From Schizochytrium sp. TIO01 (lineage: Eukaryota > Protista > Bigyra: Labyrinthulomycetes): 64,000 nucleotides of DNA. The stretch lies in contig SMSO01000035.1 of the NCBI GenBank assembly GCA_004764695.1, positions 3,980,040-4,044,039 of the forward strand. The letters run 5' to 3'. The position numbers and the translations under genes were made by a program. The notes beneath the pieces are model-generated. The model searched no databases, was not told the origin of the DNA, and was given only the letters and a program-made list of their open reading frames with translations. Shown here piece by piece: positions 51,201 through 62,151 of the stretch (the first letter of the stretch is position 1; every line of letters begins with the position of its first letter).

Positions 51201-52529
51201 GAGCATCATGTGCCAGGACTTCGAGACCCGGAGCTGGTGGATCAAATTCTTCAGCGAGGCATCCATGAAGTTAGCGATCAGAGCGAAATGGTTGAACTGC
51301 TCAAGAATTGTGATGGTGACTTGTATGATGTAGAACAACTTACAGAGCAACTTCGTGCATTCGAATGGAATGATGCACTGTCTACCTTACATTCGAAAGC
51401 TTTGGAGGCCGCAATTTCTGATGGACAAGACTTGAACAGGATTAAGTCGGTCTACGAGCAGATAATTAGTGTGTCGGCAAAACCTGCTGCCTTTGTTCAT
51501 GACCAACTTGTACAACACAGTGATTCAATTATAGTTCGAGAGGCTCTCGAAGCAGCGGTTAAAGAGAATCTTGCTAGCCTCTTGAAAGTTGATGATGAAC
51601 GCGACCTTGCCGCACAAGTGATTGTGCGGCTTGTTTCAAACGCAGAAGACTTAGAGGCATTTCCTGAATTACAATTTCTACACATGAAGAACTCATACTT
51701 AAATAGCTCTTTAGGTCATGACCCATCGCAGTCAAGCTCGTATGGTTTCAATGATGAGCACAGTATTGTTCGATTTGTTGAGTTATTGTGTCAGTTTGAG
51801 CCCCGCGGGGTGCTTCGCTTTATGCGAGATAATGATGGACTCTATCCTTTAGACCTGGTTCTCGATATTTGCAAAGCCTACAATGTCCGTGATGCTGCAG
51901 CATTTCTCCTCGAACGTATCGGCGACACCACTGCTGCTCTTTTGACTATTTTGAGTTCTTTCGAAGACCACTCTGTGCTCGAATCGCTTGAGCGGACACG
52001 TGCTGTTTCTCTTGCTGCAATTCAACTCTGTGAGCGAAACTCTTTGGCTGATCTAGATGCTGAAAATGCGGAGCGGCTATGGTTTGCGCTGCTCGATGCT
52101 GTTGCTAAGCTCCCCGAAGAGACACCCGCACAAGCTTCCAATAATACTGCTGTACTCCGTCAAGTTCTCGATGCTATGATGACCCGAGTTGAATCGAACA
52201 CCATTCTCAGCAATATCAAAGCAGATTCATTTGGACAAATTCGCCATACTGTCAAGTGCATGGTTGATGCTCGAGTATATGAGAAGCAAATTTTACTTAC
52301 AGCTCGGAGATTAGCGTCTAATGATTTGGTCGACCTTGTGCGGGCTAAGCATGGCACCTTAGCTAAAGCTTCTACCCGTATATTTACACAAAAAGTATTA
52401 ACAACAGTATCTCGCCAGAGACAACAACCGGGAGTTTGGTCGGCATCAAGTAGCGCTAGAGCTATGCAACCATCTTGGGATGAGCAAATCTCGGATCTTT
52501 TACCTACTCGGCTGAAAATTGACCCGTGA
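48264..52529 (+). CDS. VPS8: Vacuolar protein sorting 8 (CORVET subunit)
   Basis: Beta-propeller (GLPTSI…IIVGTSRSLVLVFD, LAIGYARGRVEIWDL), then WVQRVETLI…WLEALALA, IEYCVEI..DYLFD, FLRLMEPYIL, LEQCILHL, and FVELLCQFEP…YPLD…DAAAFLLERIGD. Confidence 0.92.
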   Translation: MQRHRSALEELVLEASSGEEDAVDDFVSSTSSTGNQEGRASLLRSDLHENSEDGDSSGDPNEGASNAYEIQGIKNDGNSSSISSNINNKTNDIDNSSNRISEDDDSQAKERGGLRIAAPPTVDELLAEDPEELDGLRTRGDDSSDPEASAQDLEALLAEEEQEADEHLLSGTQQLVTANASAAISNEPDQQFVNDEQTSDGQLQTKKPQEGEVAQPPRASVGNQVTNDSESQRQRVMRRQSSEASHRIKRLTSYTNVGNREISAPLHEIRAKFRARSNANFASASAGDTNVQVAQVVSLDVMDNISASLERNAQFEQHGPGLPTSITVVETGIIVGTSRSLVLVFDDEQRCTRILCKGRAFDKVDTALKFSLSSDSNFGPVSSMDAAASGVNGHNLLAIGYARGRVEIWDLTRFSLLRHLSDGPNAHTCAVCSLRFVGVGGSQSSRFDLGAGPAAPRKPYATLVSADTSGVVNMLILSKTLVIFSLESKCLLDGGAGQVVATAAIELLNLVALATRRDTFIVSLDNNTAKITHRWPMNKTSPPEGLLPRLSWGNARLADDFARQKSPHILARAEGNTIHFLRCDVALNRKTRKRQQRNDLSREIYTDSSAENIVALEWLSETLLAFLTGDYDLCILDVSGMAVVERTSVQNVELVWTAFSTKDFSFQNSVRASGSTLYLLGIRQLSIARVQSWVQRVETLIAHNGWLEALALALDHYQLTGHREKRDLVDLVTRFVTTAAGTSMLDDSRSVAACIEYCVEIEKTDYLFDTVYDVFVQCGQQSTFLRLMEPYILNRLLTVVRPSVLQDFVQEYLNHDQAERLEQCILHLTPDTIRTDLHTLVNVCKTNGLLSGLVYLYNAGLNDYETPAKTLLEMGEMEKLLSYMETSFHGLTYPFGFPMETGDDGGAAFVRVTLLTFLIENLKPMARALVLEANDVSDLFALCRVGLGVHQDEWEMRVIDAVRSLDLSEAVSLCYSRLLEHHVPGLRDPELVDQILQRGIHEVSDQSEMVELLKNCDGDLYDVEQLTEQLRAFEWNDALSTLHSKALEAAISDGQDLNRIKSVYEQIISVSAKPAAFVHDQLVQHSDSIIVREALEAAVKENLASLLKVDDERDLAAQVIVRLVSNAEDLEAFPELQFLHMKNSYLNSSLGHDPSQSSSYGFNDEHSIVRFVELLCQFEPRGVLRFMRDNDGLYPLDLVLDICKAYNVRDAAAFLLERIGDTTAALLTILSSFEDHSVLESLERTRAVSLAAIQLCERNSLADLDAENAERLWFALLDAVAKLPEETPAQASNNTAVLRQVLDAMMTRVESNTILSNIKADSFGQIRHTVKCMVDARVYEKQILLTARRLASNDLVDLVRAKHGTLAKASTRIFTQKVLTTVSRQRQQPGVWSASSSARAMQPSWDEQISDLLPTRLKIDP

Positions 52530-52814
52530 GAATAAACCTTTGTAATTGAGAAACAATAATCCAGACCTTCTAGTTTACTTGGCATCTGATAGAAACCTTC
52601 AAGAATATTTTTAGTTAAGTGATTCTGATTGAATCACTGACACGCTGTATAGTTTTATTCTGTTTCCTTCCATCTTTGTGCAATAATATATAAAAATTAG
52701 ATGCGCCAATCAACAACATATCTCCATTCAACTGTTTTAAAGTGGAAATTAAAGTTTACTCGTTTTTGTAGCAATTTAAAAAGAAAAAAATCAAGATGGC
52801 TTTAAGAAGAAAAT

Positions 52815-55800
52815 TTAATGAGACATTGTCAAAGCCTGCACCATTTTCAAAAGTGCGCTTGGTCGAATTGAAGTTGAGTACTGTGTAACAAACGCAGGCA
52901 TAGTCTCTATACTGAGCTTAGAAAGATCCATAGTCGCAAGCGTACTAGCTTCAGGGATTCCATACAAGTGTAGGTAAGTTGCGAAGAGCAGTTCCGGGTT
53001 TAAGACTTCTTCAGCACCGTCGGATTTTTTAATAGTCTCACTGACTAAGTTACTAGATGGAAACTCAAGTGTTTTCAGATAATCCCTCAGTAGTCTAGGG
53101 TTAGTATCAAAAACTTGAAAAATCATACGAAACTTGTCCTCCAGAGACACCAGAAAAGCATAGTCTATTAAAGGTTGTTGCTCAGGCTTAACAGTTTGGG
53201 CTAACTTCCTCATACCTTCATCTGCATAAAATGCCATGAGAATCTTGATATTACGCAGATGGAAGGAATGGCTACTCCGTTTAAAAGCACGTGGCGTTTG
53301 ATGGAGGCTGATCATGGCATTAAGCATCTCTGGCTTCTCGTGTGTGAGACAGTCATACAGGGTAGCTGTACAAAACTCCACAAATTCCCGTTCCTGCTCA
53401 TCAGCAGATTCACTGGCTGTACTGCAAAATTGTTTTGCGAATGCAAGAACGTGAGGGTCTGCTGTGAAAGCGCGCATGAAGTCTGACGAGTGCGTGTCCA
53501 CCCCTGATTTGGACTGCATCAGCTTCAAACGTGGTCTTGCCAGGAGCGATGATACACCTTGAGGATCTTCCAGGTAACTAAGATGACCAACCTTGCGTTT
53601 CACGCAGAGGACTCGGTAAGCACTAATTGCCAATTTCTGAGCCACATTCTTTTCTCCATCCAGAGCAATATCGATGGGCCAGTATCGTGGTGATGCAACC
53701 TGAATTCGAGATATCCAAGCCATAGGCGGTAGCAAACATGGCGCAACCATATCAACAACTGTCGGCTGATTTTGCAAAGAAACAGGAAGCGACGTGTTCA
53801 ACTTCTCACTTGCAGACTTTACTACCTTATCATTGTAGTATTGTGCTACATCTTCGCGGAGTGTAACCTTGATGGGGAGGTAGCACGGGGACCGTGCGTC
53901 AATGTCGTAGGCATCAAGACAACGATCCTCCGCAGCAAGCACATACAGGTGCCTGAGTGCTTGCAAATGATATTGATTATCAAAGGTGTGTAGCGGAAAG
54001 CGCGGGTAGAAAGACGTAAGGAGCGCGGCAATAGAGGCATTGTCATTATTAAATGACATCCGTCCTCCACCGAGAAATAAAATTCCAATAGCGCTTCCTA
54101 TGGCCATATGATGGCCATATCGCACAGTCTCGTCCATCTTGAAACGTAACGCACGTAAGATGCGAAGTGTTTCTAAATCACCAGTGCCAGCCATCACAAG
54201 AGCAAGTGAGATGGCGCATGTACCCAAACAAAGCTCGAGTGTGCTACGATCAGGTCGCTGCGGAACGCGTGGATCGTCGCTTTCACAGGTGCGAAGATGA
54301 GAAAAGTGACGTACAAAACGAATTATTGTTTGCTGCGCCGACCTCATTGCAGTACCTACGAAGCGTAACCCGATTGCAAAGCATGCTCCAGCAACGATGT
54401 TTGCATGCGCCAAACGAACTGCATCCTCATCAACTGGAACACCAGTGTTGCGCCGTGGCTTTCCGTCACTGTCTTCATCAACAGAAGATTTTCGTGAACG
54501 CACAGACATCATGGAGTTTCCACGACGACGAAGTCGCGAGATGGGATTGGGTGGTCCAGTACGGCGGGAGACAACAGCATCATGGCTTTGTGCACGAGGT
54601 CTATTCAGTCGACGTGCAATAGCGCTGCGCGGTGTCGGGGGAGCTGGTAAGCCCTCTTCCTCAGTTCCCTCATCGCGTGTACGCCTTCCTTCTGCGGAGG
54701 CATCGTTATCATCATCACTGTCATCCGCCCCAGAGGAAATTAATTCGTATTCGTCGGTATTGTTGACATTGCCGGTACTACGGCGGCGGTTGCTTCCATG
54801 AGGAGATGACCCTGCATGCTCCACACCAGCCAAACTAGCTGCACGAATTGCAGCTGCCGTGGAACCTCCCCCAAGAAGACGCTCAAACGAGAAGCGGATA
54901 GCAGGAGGAACCTGCCCGAGAGCCCAGGCTTCCGTAGGCTCCACGTTGTCCCAAAGAACTAGACTGCGTGCCACAACCCTTAGCATAAGTAAATCAGGAC
55001 GAACATAGTCAAGCAAGAAGTGTGTCTCAGGAATGGCCAGGCGTGCCGCAACTGATTCATTGCCACTTTTCAGGTACATCATCGCAAGAGCTAAAGTTGC
55101 ACCAGGTGAAGTCACGTTCACATTTACATAGGGCCCATCCTTAACTCGTGAGCACTTTCCTGGGTCAGCACCATGACCAGATGCATGCATCGCAGCAGCG
55201 TATTCAGGGTCCAGACCACCAACCATGTAACGATGCAGACGATCCTCAAGACCCAAGTCTGCCAAACCAGAAAGTCCACCTTCCCGGGCACCAAAACCGA
55301 GGGTAACAAAACCAAGTGCTAAACCTGCAGCGAGAGAGTAACTTTCGCGGTCTTCACAGCGATCTGAAGTTGGGCGCCGACCAATTTCTGCCAAAAGAAA
55401 TTCAGTCATCAATCGGTGAGCTGTATTTTGATAGAGCAATCCGATACCGATAAGTGCTGACGTTTGAACTGCAGCTGGCACTTCCATGTCGGAAAATGCA
55501 GCAGGAAGCAATGAAGGGATGTGAAGGCATAGCATCTTAGATACAGTTGGGGCCATTGTACCCCGTCTTGCTGCGCTCAGTCCTAGCATGATGGCCACTG
55601 TGGTTGCGTCGTGACCCTGAGCCAGATACTCATAAATGTCAGCCATCGTAAGAGCTGCCAGGTGTCCATGCAGCCCCAAAGCAAGAAGAAAGCCTGCGTG
55701 CGTGGAATTCGGGGTTTCTGGACGGTTATACGCAATCCATGTTCTTGTAAGGGGTGTTACTTGCCTTCCTGCAGCTAAGCGAAGACCGGCGGCAGCGCCA

Positions 55801-58800
55801 TTGTGAAATTGGGGCCAGCTTAAAAGATCTTCGGCGTTGCTCACATGGGATAGGTCAAGCTTTACAACTGCGTTGTTTGGTGGAATTTTACCCGCCAAAG
55901 AAAGCGCCGGCACGTTTACAGTATCAGTCAAAAGTGGACGAACTGTTCCTAAAGTGATCATACCTCGACCAACAGGCAGCGCCATAATTCGTCTAGAAAG
56001 AAGCAAAAGCTTGGCCTGCTGCTCCGCAACAAGTTCATGATCCGAGGTTTCTGGTTTGCGCTCAACAACCAAACGCACTGGCTTTGAGGATCGCAAAAGT
56101 TTGCAAACCTCCAAGATGCGACGATCGCTTCCGAAACGAAGACTTGTCATTCTTTGTAGGAGCCCAAAGCCAGATGCATCCTCTGACGCTGCGGCTGCGG
56201 CGTTTCGCGTTGATCCGCGGTTGCCAGGTGCAGAACCAATCCCAACACCTTGTCCTCCAGTACCACTGCTGGAAGAAGACGATTCTGGTCCTTGATCGTC
56301 TTCAAAGCCAAACATATCAGCACCATGTGAACCAGCACTTACTTCAGCAGATGCACTTGCACTCAAGCGTGCAAAGTCAGCAATGGAAAGTAGTTTGCGC
56401 GTTGAGGTAGTCACCTGGGAGCGTTGCTGCTGTTGTTGCTGACGTAACAACGATTGACTCATTGAGTCAGACTGGCCCATGCGCTTGTTCATGGAAGAAC
56501 CACCTCCCCATAAAATGTCTTCAGCAACTTGAGAAGCAAGACCTTGTCCAGATGCCATTCTTCGCCAAACTGGTGTTACTGCGGTCGTCACAGTGCTCAA
56601 GGAGGCCTCGCTTAATCGGCGTCGACGGTGAAGCTTGCTAGATCGCTTATAATTGCTTCCAGTAGAGCGAATCGATCCCACATGTGGTGTGGAAAGGTTT
56701 GTAGAAGTACGACTGAGGCCTGGCGTACGAAAAGCACTCGGTTCTGATGGCGCTGCACCCACAGGTGGCTGAGGGGTAGGCGGAGAGCTAGCTTCCATAT
56801 TAGCTTGTTCAAGCCGCTCGGCAATATTTTGCAGCTCCTTCCGCATAAATAAGGGAATCAAAGTTGGAGTGGGGGCAAGAGCCAATGCTGCCATGTCTTC
56901 GCGACCTACCAGAACATAAGCATCAGCAGGCCATCTGCCGGATGGATTTGAGCGACAATAGTGCAGTGCCTCGCGAAGAGGAATGCTTAATCCAAATGTT
57001 AGAGTCTCTAAATCTTGAAGTGTGAAGTTGAACCATACCATGCCCAATACGGCCCGCTCTGCAGCATTCCGTGCCTCGTAGCCATGGACTTTCATCCAAT
57101 GCCATAGAGATCCATCCATGGCCACAATTGCAGACATGACAGGAGATTTACTCGCCGCACGCGGGGCTCGCCGGTCCTTACTTAGACGGAACTCTAAAGG
57201 GTCAGAAGTGGCATCGTCTCCAGAAGCTCCGGCAAGCAGATCGAAAAAGCAACAGATCTGTTGCGTTCGAAAACAAGACTCAAGTTCAGGGAAAGGCCTC
57301 ATGCTCATGGCCGCCATATCTGCTGACAATGATGTATCATGCTCCATTTGTCTGGCACTACGAGGTATTTCAACAGTTGGGCGTTCGCGTCCTTGAGATG
57401 CGAACGCATCGCCCCCAGAAAGCACATGGTGTACCCCAGGAGGCTTTGTTGCACGGTAACTCCCCGAAGCACGCCGAGCTCGAAGTGTAAGCCAAGCTAG
57501 AACGTCTGGCGCTGATGAGGAGATACCTTGGAGCCCGAGTCGCTCCTCTTGCGGCAGTCTAGGCAACGGTATTGGTTTTTGCACACCAAGATCACGACCG
57601 TAGTGATCAAGGTACTTCGTGGCACTAAGGCCATCCAGAATAGACCCAACAAGTCCGGACAACAGACCTGCGAGTGGTCTAGTGATTCCCCATGTCAATG
57701 TTGATAGTTTCATATCCTCATAAATAAGATGTAGGCAAAGTAGAAGAACCCGTGCGTATCGTTCAAATGGCTCAGTAGTTTCCATGGCAGACTTTGCAAA
57801 CGACGTTGAGTCTGCGAAAAGGTCTTCGAACCAAGGTCGTTTCGACGCAGGAGAGGTTTTATCCTCAACGGGATACAGAACATCTTCAAATGGAAGCAGA
57901 CCTTGATTATCGTGCATGAATTCGAAATGGAAATCAGTGCCCATCATTCTTTCAAAAGCAGATCCTAAATCATTAGCACGCCCAGGGTCATTTTCATCAG
58001 ATATATCAACCTCTTTTGGAGAAGCGCCATGCATATTCTTGCTAAGGGGTAGACTTTCTTGAATAAGTGCAGCAATAACTATCACAAAAGCGGCCCATTC
58101 CAGGTCAACAGATTTACCTGTTTTTGCTAATCCTTCCTCGCCCACGAGGAGAGATGCAGCTTTTTTGAGTTTAGGATCAGATCCGGTAGTCAGCAAATCA
58201 TACCAGTAAGAAACTTCGACTCGAATGCGCAGCGCTACGCGTGCAGGCAATGCGTGGTCTAAACCCTCAAGACACGGGCGCACAAGACGAGATGAAAAAT
58301 CCATAGCCGTCATAGCACGTAAAACGCTACCATTGTCAAATACTAAATTCACGCGATTTGAGACAGAATTTTCTAGTCGAATTATACGACCTAGTCCATT
58401 CACACCGCTTTTAGTGGCAGCTGCAACAGTTCCCCGACGGCGAGCAATTGTGCTTTGACTGGTGGCAAGAGGCGGCCTTGGCGGTACGAGATCAGTAGCA
58501 AGTTCGATGGAGCACAGCGCCACAGCTCCGCGATAAAGTTTGAGAGCGCCCCCATCCTCCAGAACAAGAATGTCTAACGAATTAGAGCTCCCAGATGCCA
58601 GTACTGGTTGAGCACTTTTACACGAGAGTGTAAACACAGGTTTTACTGACACGTGAACTTGCGGGGCCGAGCGAATCAGAGAAGGGACAGGTGTTGCCAA
58701 CAGTGCATTCGGTGCAGGTGTCATAGGCGAAGGTGACCCAATACCACCGCTTCCACCAGGTGCACTGCGTTCCACTGTCTTCACGCTTAATGCTTGAAGT

Positions 58801-60380
58801 TGTCCGATTGCAGCATGCATGAGACAAACTAAAGGATTTCCATCAACGTCATGTGCAACAAAAACCGAAGATGCTGGCTCACCAGTGTCTTCACCTTGAC
58901 TACCACTCCAAATTTCTTGCATATAGACCTCAGATTCAATTAAATCATCCTCATCCAGGATGGAATTTACATCAGAATCTGAGTCAGCACGATAGTCATC
59001 ATCTTCTTCTTCCATACTACGGAAAATGCTACGGTAGCCTCCATCATCTCCAAGGCCATCGACCCCTATGCCTTGATTTGTCGCGTTACGTGTGTCTGAA
59101 GGAGTAAGTGTTTCTTCCGGGGGCTGAAGCTCATCCTCCTCATCTTCGTGCACTCGAGCCATGCGTTTGTGCAGGCCAATATCATCCATCTCACTACGCG
59201 TTGCTGTGTTCACGGCTGTCGCAGGCAGCAAACTCCACACAGCATGGGTGCGGCGAGAGGAATGGTATGTTACGACCAGACATAGAGTTTTGTCAACAAA
59301 GAGAATCCGTTGATGAGTGTCGCACATGAATTCTCCAACTACAAGATCAGATGCCCGGACCCCTCCTTGATTGTCGTCATCAAATGTACTAATGTTTTGT
59401 GATCGGCCACGAAGAGGGGTAAATCCCAAAGCATCATCATCCACAAGCATGGGGGATGGCATTGAGAGACGTTGAGGAGCAAGAGCTTCGGAGGAGTCAC
59501 GACGCTTTGCATCCGATGCTGCTGCCCCTTTTCCAGCTGCAGAGGTGTCAGGAAATGAAGGAACCTCACTTTCCCCGCCAGCTCCACCTACCGCAGCGCC
59601 ACCTCTTGCATTATATGTACCTTGAGGCATTGTGTATGAGACAGGTTTGAGTTCTTCAAGAGGATGAAGCAAACTGAAGAACATTGGCGAGGGATCCTCT
59701 TGAATATTTGGAATAATTAATGGGACTTGCCCAATGCGACGAAGTCTGCCAGGCGTTTCCGCTGGTGTCTCGTTTAAGTCTCCATCATCCATATCGTCAA
59801 CACCAGGTACGGCACGTTCAATTAAGATACCACGAGGCAAAGCCCACATACGAGCAGCTTTGCACGGTAACGCAACCTCAAACTCAGAGCCATCTGGGGC
59901 ATAAATCTTGACACACTCGAGGCCTTGAAGCACGCACAAACAACGATCCTCTTGTGCCATTGGCTCAGATGCACGGGGAGTACTGTCAGGAGCTGGTGGG
60001 GTGGCATCAGTGCCATCTGCATTTGTTGAAGCCCCTGTACTACCGCCAAAATTACTCTGTGTAGGTTGTTGGTCACCAATCTGGCTGTCCCCTGTCACAC
60101 CCAGACTGCGAATTTCCTGCGTCGCACCCACGCCAACAAATGATGCAAGAAGTGCTTGCTTAGCAGAAAGTACCTGGCGGTAACTCTTGTAGATACGCTG
60201 CGTTGAGCCATGTCCTGCGCTCCACACAACTTGTTTCCCATCCACATGAACCATTTCGTCGAAATCTGGTGGAGTGCTTTGTGCCTCGAAACTCGAATCA
60301 TCAGAGCGTCTCGCCCCACCAGCGAAGAGTTCATATGACTTTGATGGAGCTGTAAACCACCCCACAGGATACAGCCGCAT
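52815..60380 (-). CDS. ANAPC1: Anaphase-promoting complex subunit 1
   Basis: SLLHPLEEL, LHLIYEDMKL, LPVGRGM, WPQFHNGAAAGL, HAGFLLALGLHGHL, PC repeats, MAGTGDL, YGHHMA, DNQYHLQALRHLYVLA, VKRKVGHLSYLEDPQG. Confidence 0.97.
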   Translation of the reverse strand: MRLYPVGWFTAPSKSYELFAGGARRSDDSSFEAQSTPPDFDEMVHVDGKQVVWSAGHGSTQRIYKSYRQVLSAKQALLASFVGVGATQEIRSLGVTGDSQIGDQQPTQSNFGGSTGASTNADGTDATPPAPDSTPRASEPMAQEDRCLCVLQGLECVKIYAPDGSEFEVALPCKAARMWALPRGILIERAVPGVDDMDDGDLNETPAETPGRLRRIGQVPLIIPNIQEDPSPMFFSLLHPLEELKPVSYTMPQGTYNARGGAAVGGAGGESEVPSFPDTSAAGKGAAASDAKRRDSSEALAPQRLSMPSPMLVDDDALGFTPLRGRSQNISTFDDDNQGGVRASDLVVGEFMCDTHQRILFVDKTLCLVVTYHSSRRTHAVWSLLPATAVNTATRSEMDDIGLHKRMARVHEDEEDELQPPEETLTPSDTRNATNQGIGVDGLGDDGGYRSIFRSMEEEDDDYRADSDSDVNSILDEDDLIESEVYMQEIWSGSQGEDTGEPASSVFVAHDVDGNPLVCLMHAAIGQLQALSVKTVERSAPGGSGGIGSPSPMTPAPNALLATPVPSLIRSAPQVHVSVKPVFTLSCKSAQPVLASGSSNSLDILVLEDGGALKLYRGAVALCSIELATDLVPPRPPLATSQSTIARRRGTVAAATKSGVNGLGRIIRLENSVSNRVNLVFDNGSVLRAMTAMDFSSRLVRPCLEGLDHALPARVALRIRVEVSYWYDLLTTGSDPKLKKAASLLVGEEGLAKTGKSVDLEWAAFVIVIAALIQESLPLSKNMHGASPKEVDISDENDPGRANDLGSAFERMMGTDFHFEFMHDNQGLLPFEDVLYPVEDKTSPASKRPWFEDLFADSTSFAKSAMETTEPFERYARVLLLCLHLIYEDMKLSTLTWGITRPLAGLLSGLVGSILDGLSATKYLDHYGRDLGVQKPIPLPRLPQEERLGLQGISSSAPDVLAWLTLRARRASGSYRATKPPGVHHVLSGGDAFASQGRERPTVEIPRSARQMEHDTSLSADMAAMSMRPFPELESCFRTQQICCFFDLLAGASGDDATSDPLEFRLSKDRRAPRAASKSPVMSAIVAMDGSLWHWMKVHGYEARNAAERAVLGMVWFNFTLQDLETLTFGLSIPLREALHYCRSNPSGRWPADAYVLVGREDMAALALAPTPTLIPLFMRKELQNIAERLEQANMEASSPPTPQPPVGAAPSEPSAFRTPGLSRTSTNLSTPHVGSIRSTGSNYKRSSKLHRRRRLSEASLSTVTTAVTPVWRRMASGQGLASQVAEDILWGGGSSMNKRMGQSDSMSQSLLRQQQQQQRSQVTTSTRKLLSIADFARLSASASAEVSAGSHGADMFGFEDDQGPESSSSSSGTGGQGVGIGSAPGNRGSTRNAAAAASEDASGFGLLQRMTSLRFGSDRRILEVCKLLRSSKPVRLVVERKPETSDHELVAEQQAKLLLLSRRIMALPVGRGMITLGTVRPLLTDTVNVPALSLAGKIPPNNAVVKLDLSHVSNAEDLLSWPQFHNGAAAGLRLAAGRQVTPLTRTWIAYNRPETPNSTHAGFLLALGLHGHLAALTMADIYEYLAQGHDATTVAIMLGLSAARRGTMAPTVSKMLCLHIPSLLPAAFSDMEVPAAVQTSALIGIGLLYQNTAHRLMTEFLLAEIGRRPTSDRCEDRESYSLAAGLALGFVTLGFGAREGGLSGLADLGLEDRLHRYMVGGLDPEYAAAMHASGHGADPGKCSRVKDGPYVNVNVTSPGATLALAMMYLKSGNESVAARLAIPETHFLLDYVRPDLLMLRVVARSLVLWDNVEPTEAWALGQVPPAIRFSFERLLGGGSTAAAIRAASLAGVEHAGSSPHGSNRRRSTGNVNNTDEYELISSGADDSDDDNDASAEGRRTRDEGTEEEGLPAPPTPRSAIARRLNRPRAQSHDAVVSRRTGPPNPISRLRRRGNSMMSVRSRKSSVDEDSDGKPRRNTGVPVDEDAVRLAHANIVAGACFAIGLRFVGTAMRSAQQTIIRFVRHFSHLRTCESDDPRVPQRPDRSTLELCLGTCAISLALVMAGTGDLETLRILRALRFKMDETVRYGHHMAIGSAIGILFLGGGRMSFNNDNASIAALLTSFYPRFPLHTFDNQYHLQALRHLYVLAAEDRCLDAYDIDARSPCYLPIKVTLREDVAQYYNDKVVKSASEKLNTSLPVSLQNQPTVVDMVAPCLLPPMAWISRIQVASPRYWPIDIALDGEKNVAQKLAISAYRVLCVKRKVGHLSYLEDPQGVSSLLARPRLKLMQSKSGVDTHSSDFMRAFTADPHVLAFAKQFCSTASESADEQEREFVEFCTATLYDCLTHEKPEMLNAMISLHQTPRAFKRSSHSFHLRNIKILMAFYADEGMRKLAQTVKPEQQPLIDYAFLVSLEDKFRMIFQVFDTNPRLLRDYLKTLEFPSSNLVSETIKKSDGAEEVLNPELLFATYLHLYGIPEASTLATMDLSKLSIETMPAFVTQYSTSIRPSALLKMVQALTMSH

Positions 60381-62151
60381 TCTTATGAAGTGATCTTGTT
60401 TATCTCAGCAATATGATCCACAAACTTTGTGAATGTCGAACTTAGTCTACCCCAACTGCAAAACAAAACAGCACTTAGAATGTAATGATCAGGCCTTAGA
60501 ACACCTCTCTATGCTCTTAAGTCCACAGATAGAGTGCTCTTTTTTAGTGGTGATACCCAAATTTGTGTGAGCAAATGAGGTCTACGTTTCTGACGGTTTT
60601 TCTTTGATATTCAACCAACCGGTTTCTCTCCACTTTATATATTTTCTTGCGGGCGGAGGGAATTGCTTCAACAGTTCCAACGAGGCAAACAATTCTACTC
60701 AAAGTCCTGTTTCACCGCAGGCCTTCTTGTATGTTGCTTGAAGACCTATGATGATGCGGCGTATATGTTGCTTGCTTTCTATTGTGGCAACCGCCGCTGA
60801 AGACGACAATGCCCCCGACTCCAGCTGCTTCTCTCGACTGGGTACTGGCCGATGCAGAGCACCTTCCAGAGCCAAGGAGTCCCAGGTCAGCAGGTCCTGT
60901 TACAATGTGTTTGGACGCAAATAACAAGCCGATGTGGCTTTCCGGTTTGGAGTTTGCTTGTGTTCGAACAACTGAACGTCGATATGGATCACAGCATTTT
61001 CATTCATTCTCAATCAATCATTCATAAACTTTTTTCTCTTATATTTGTTAGTGTTTTGGCCGCATTATGAAAATACTAAACTGTGTGCTCACTAAAAGAG
61101 TCAAAGAGAGAAAAAAAGAACTCTTATCTTTTTTATGGCTCGCTCAAATTCTTCAGGCAAGCCTTTTGAGCTTAAGCTGATCAGCTCCGATTTGAAATCT
61201 TATGTCTTTAAAAAGCAGTAACAGGTAGCACTAGCAACTTTTATCCTTTTAACTAGTTTATCATAGAGGGTGACTGCATTTGTTCAAGTTCTTTCTTCCC
61301 CTATGGACTATTTATTTCTTTTTTCTTTTTAACTCCAAGCTATCTCTTTCCTTTCAGTCATGCGTCTAGATAGGGCATGGATACCCTACTATGCGCCTAT
61401 AAATTAACTATGATACTAATACCATAGCCATATATTCTTCATCGCAAAGGTGAGAGTGCGTCAAATAGCTTTTATAGGGCATCTGAGAGTGACAAGAATG
61501 AAGCAAATGAAAGAATAGCCAACAACCGGGAATTATAATGAGTACGAATTACAGTTAAAATCCTGCCCAGAGACATAAATTTACAATGAAGGAGGGTCCA
61601 CTGCAATTTTGAGAACACACAAAAGTACATACTTTTCTTTATTTTATACGTCTGTTTTTCTCTATACAACAGAAGACACCTACCAGCAGATGTATTTGAG
61701 GTTATGTATTTGAGATATTCCCATTTTCCCCTTAGACAGTTGATGATTGTGAAGCTGATGAATCAATTATTGAATAGTTGCGGTCTATCCTCACTGAGAA
61801 ACCTTGTGCTGATGGGAGGAATTAAAGAGGACCATGTTTGCAGTTGTACTTGTCGCTGCTCTCGTAGAATTGACATAGGGTAAAAATGAGATTCATCATC
61901 ATCACCGAACACTAGCATTCAACAGAAACAGTTCTCTAAATTAGCAGCACGTCATTTAGCACTTTGTTGCCCGCAAGAGTCCAATGTGTAGTTTCCCCAT
62001 TGTACCTTAAACACACGTTGACTTGAAGTGAAGGTGTATAAGCCTGTCTTGAATTTTTTTAATCAATGTCTCCAGGATGCAGAAAATATTAAACCATGCA
62101 TTACCAAGCCAATGCATGGTATTACTTATCTCCATCCGCGCAAAGTCCATT

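Noticed and set aside
19272-60334. Numerous 60-290 aa ORFs overlapping the large genes
   Set aside because: Shadow or alternative-frame ORFs of well-supported long CDSs.
60712-61070. Short overlapping ORFs upstream of APC1
   Set aside because: Under 85 aa, no motif, and competing frames; cannot be supported as a gene.
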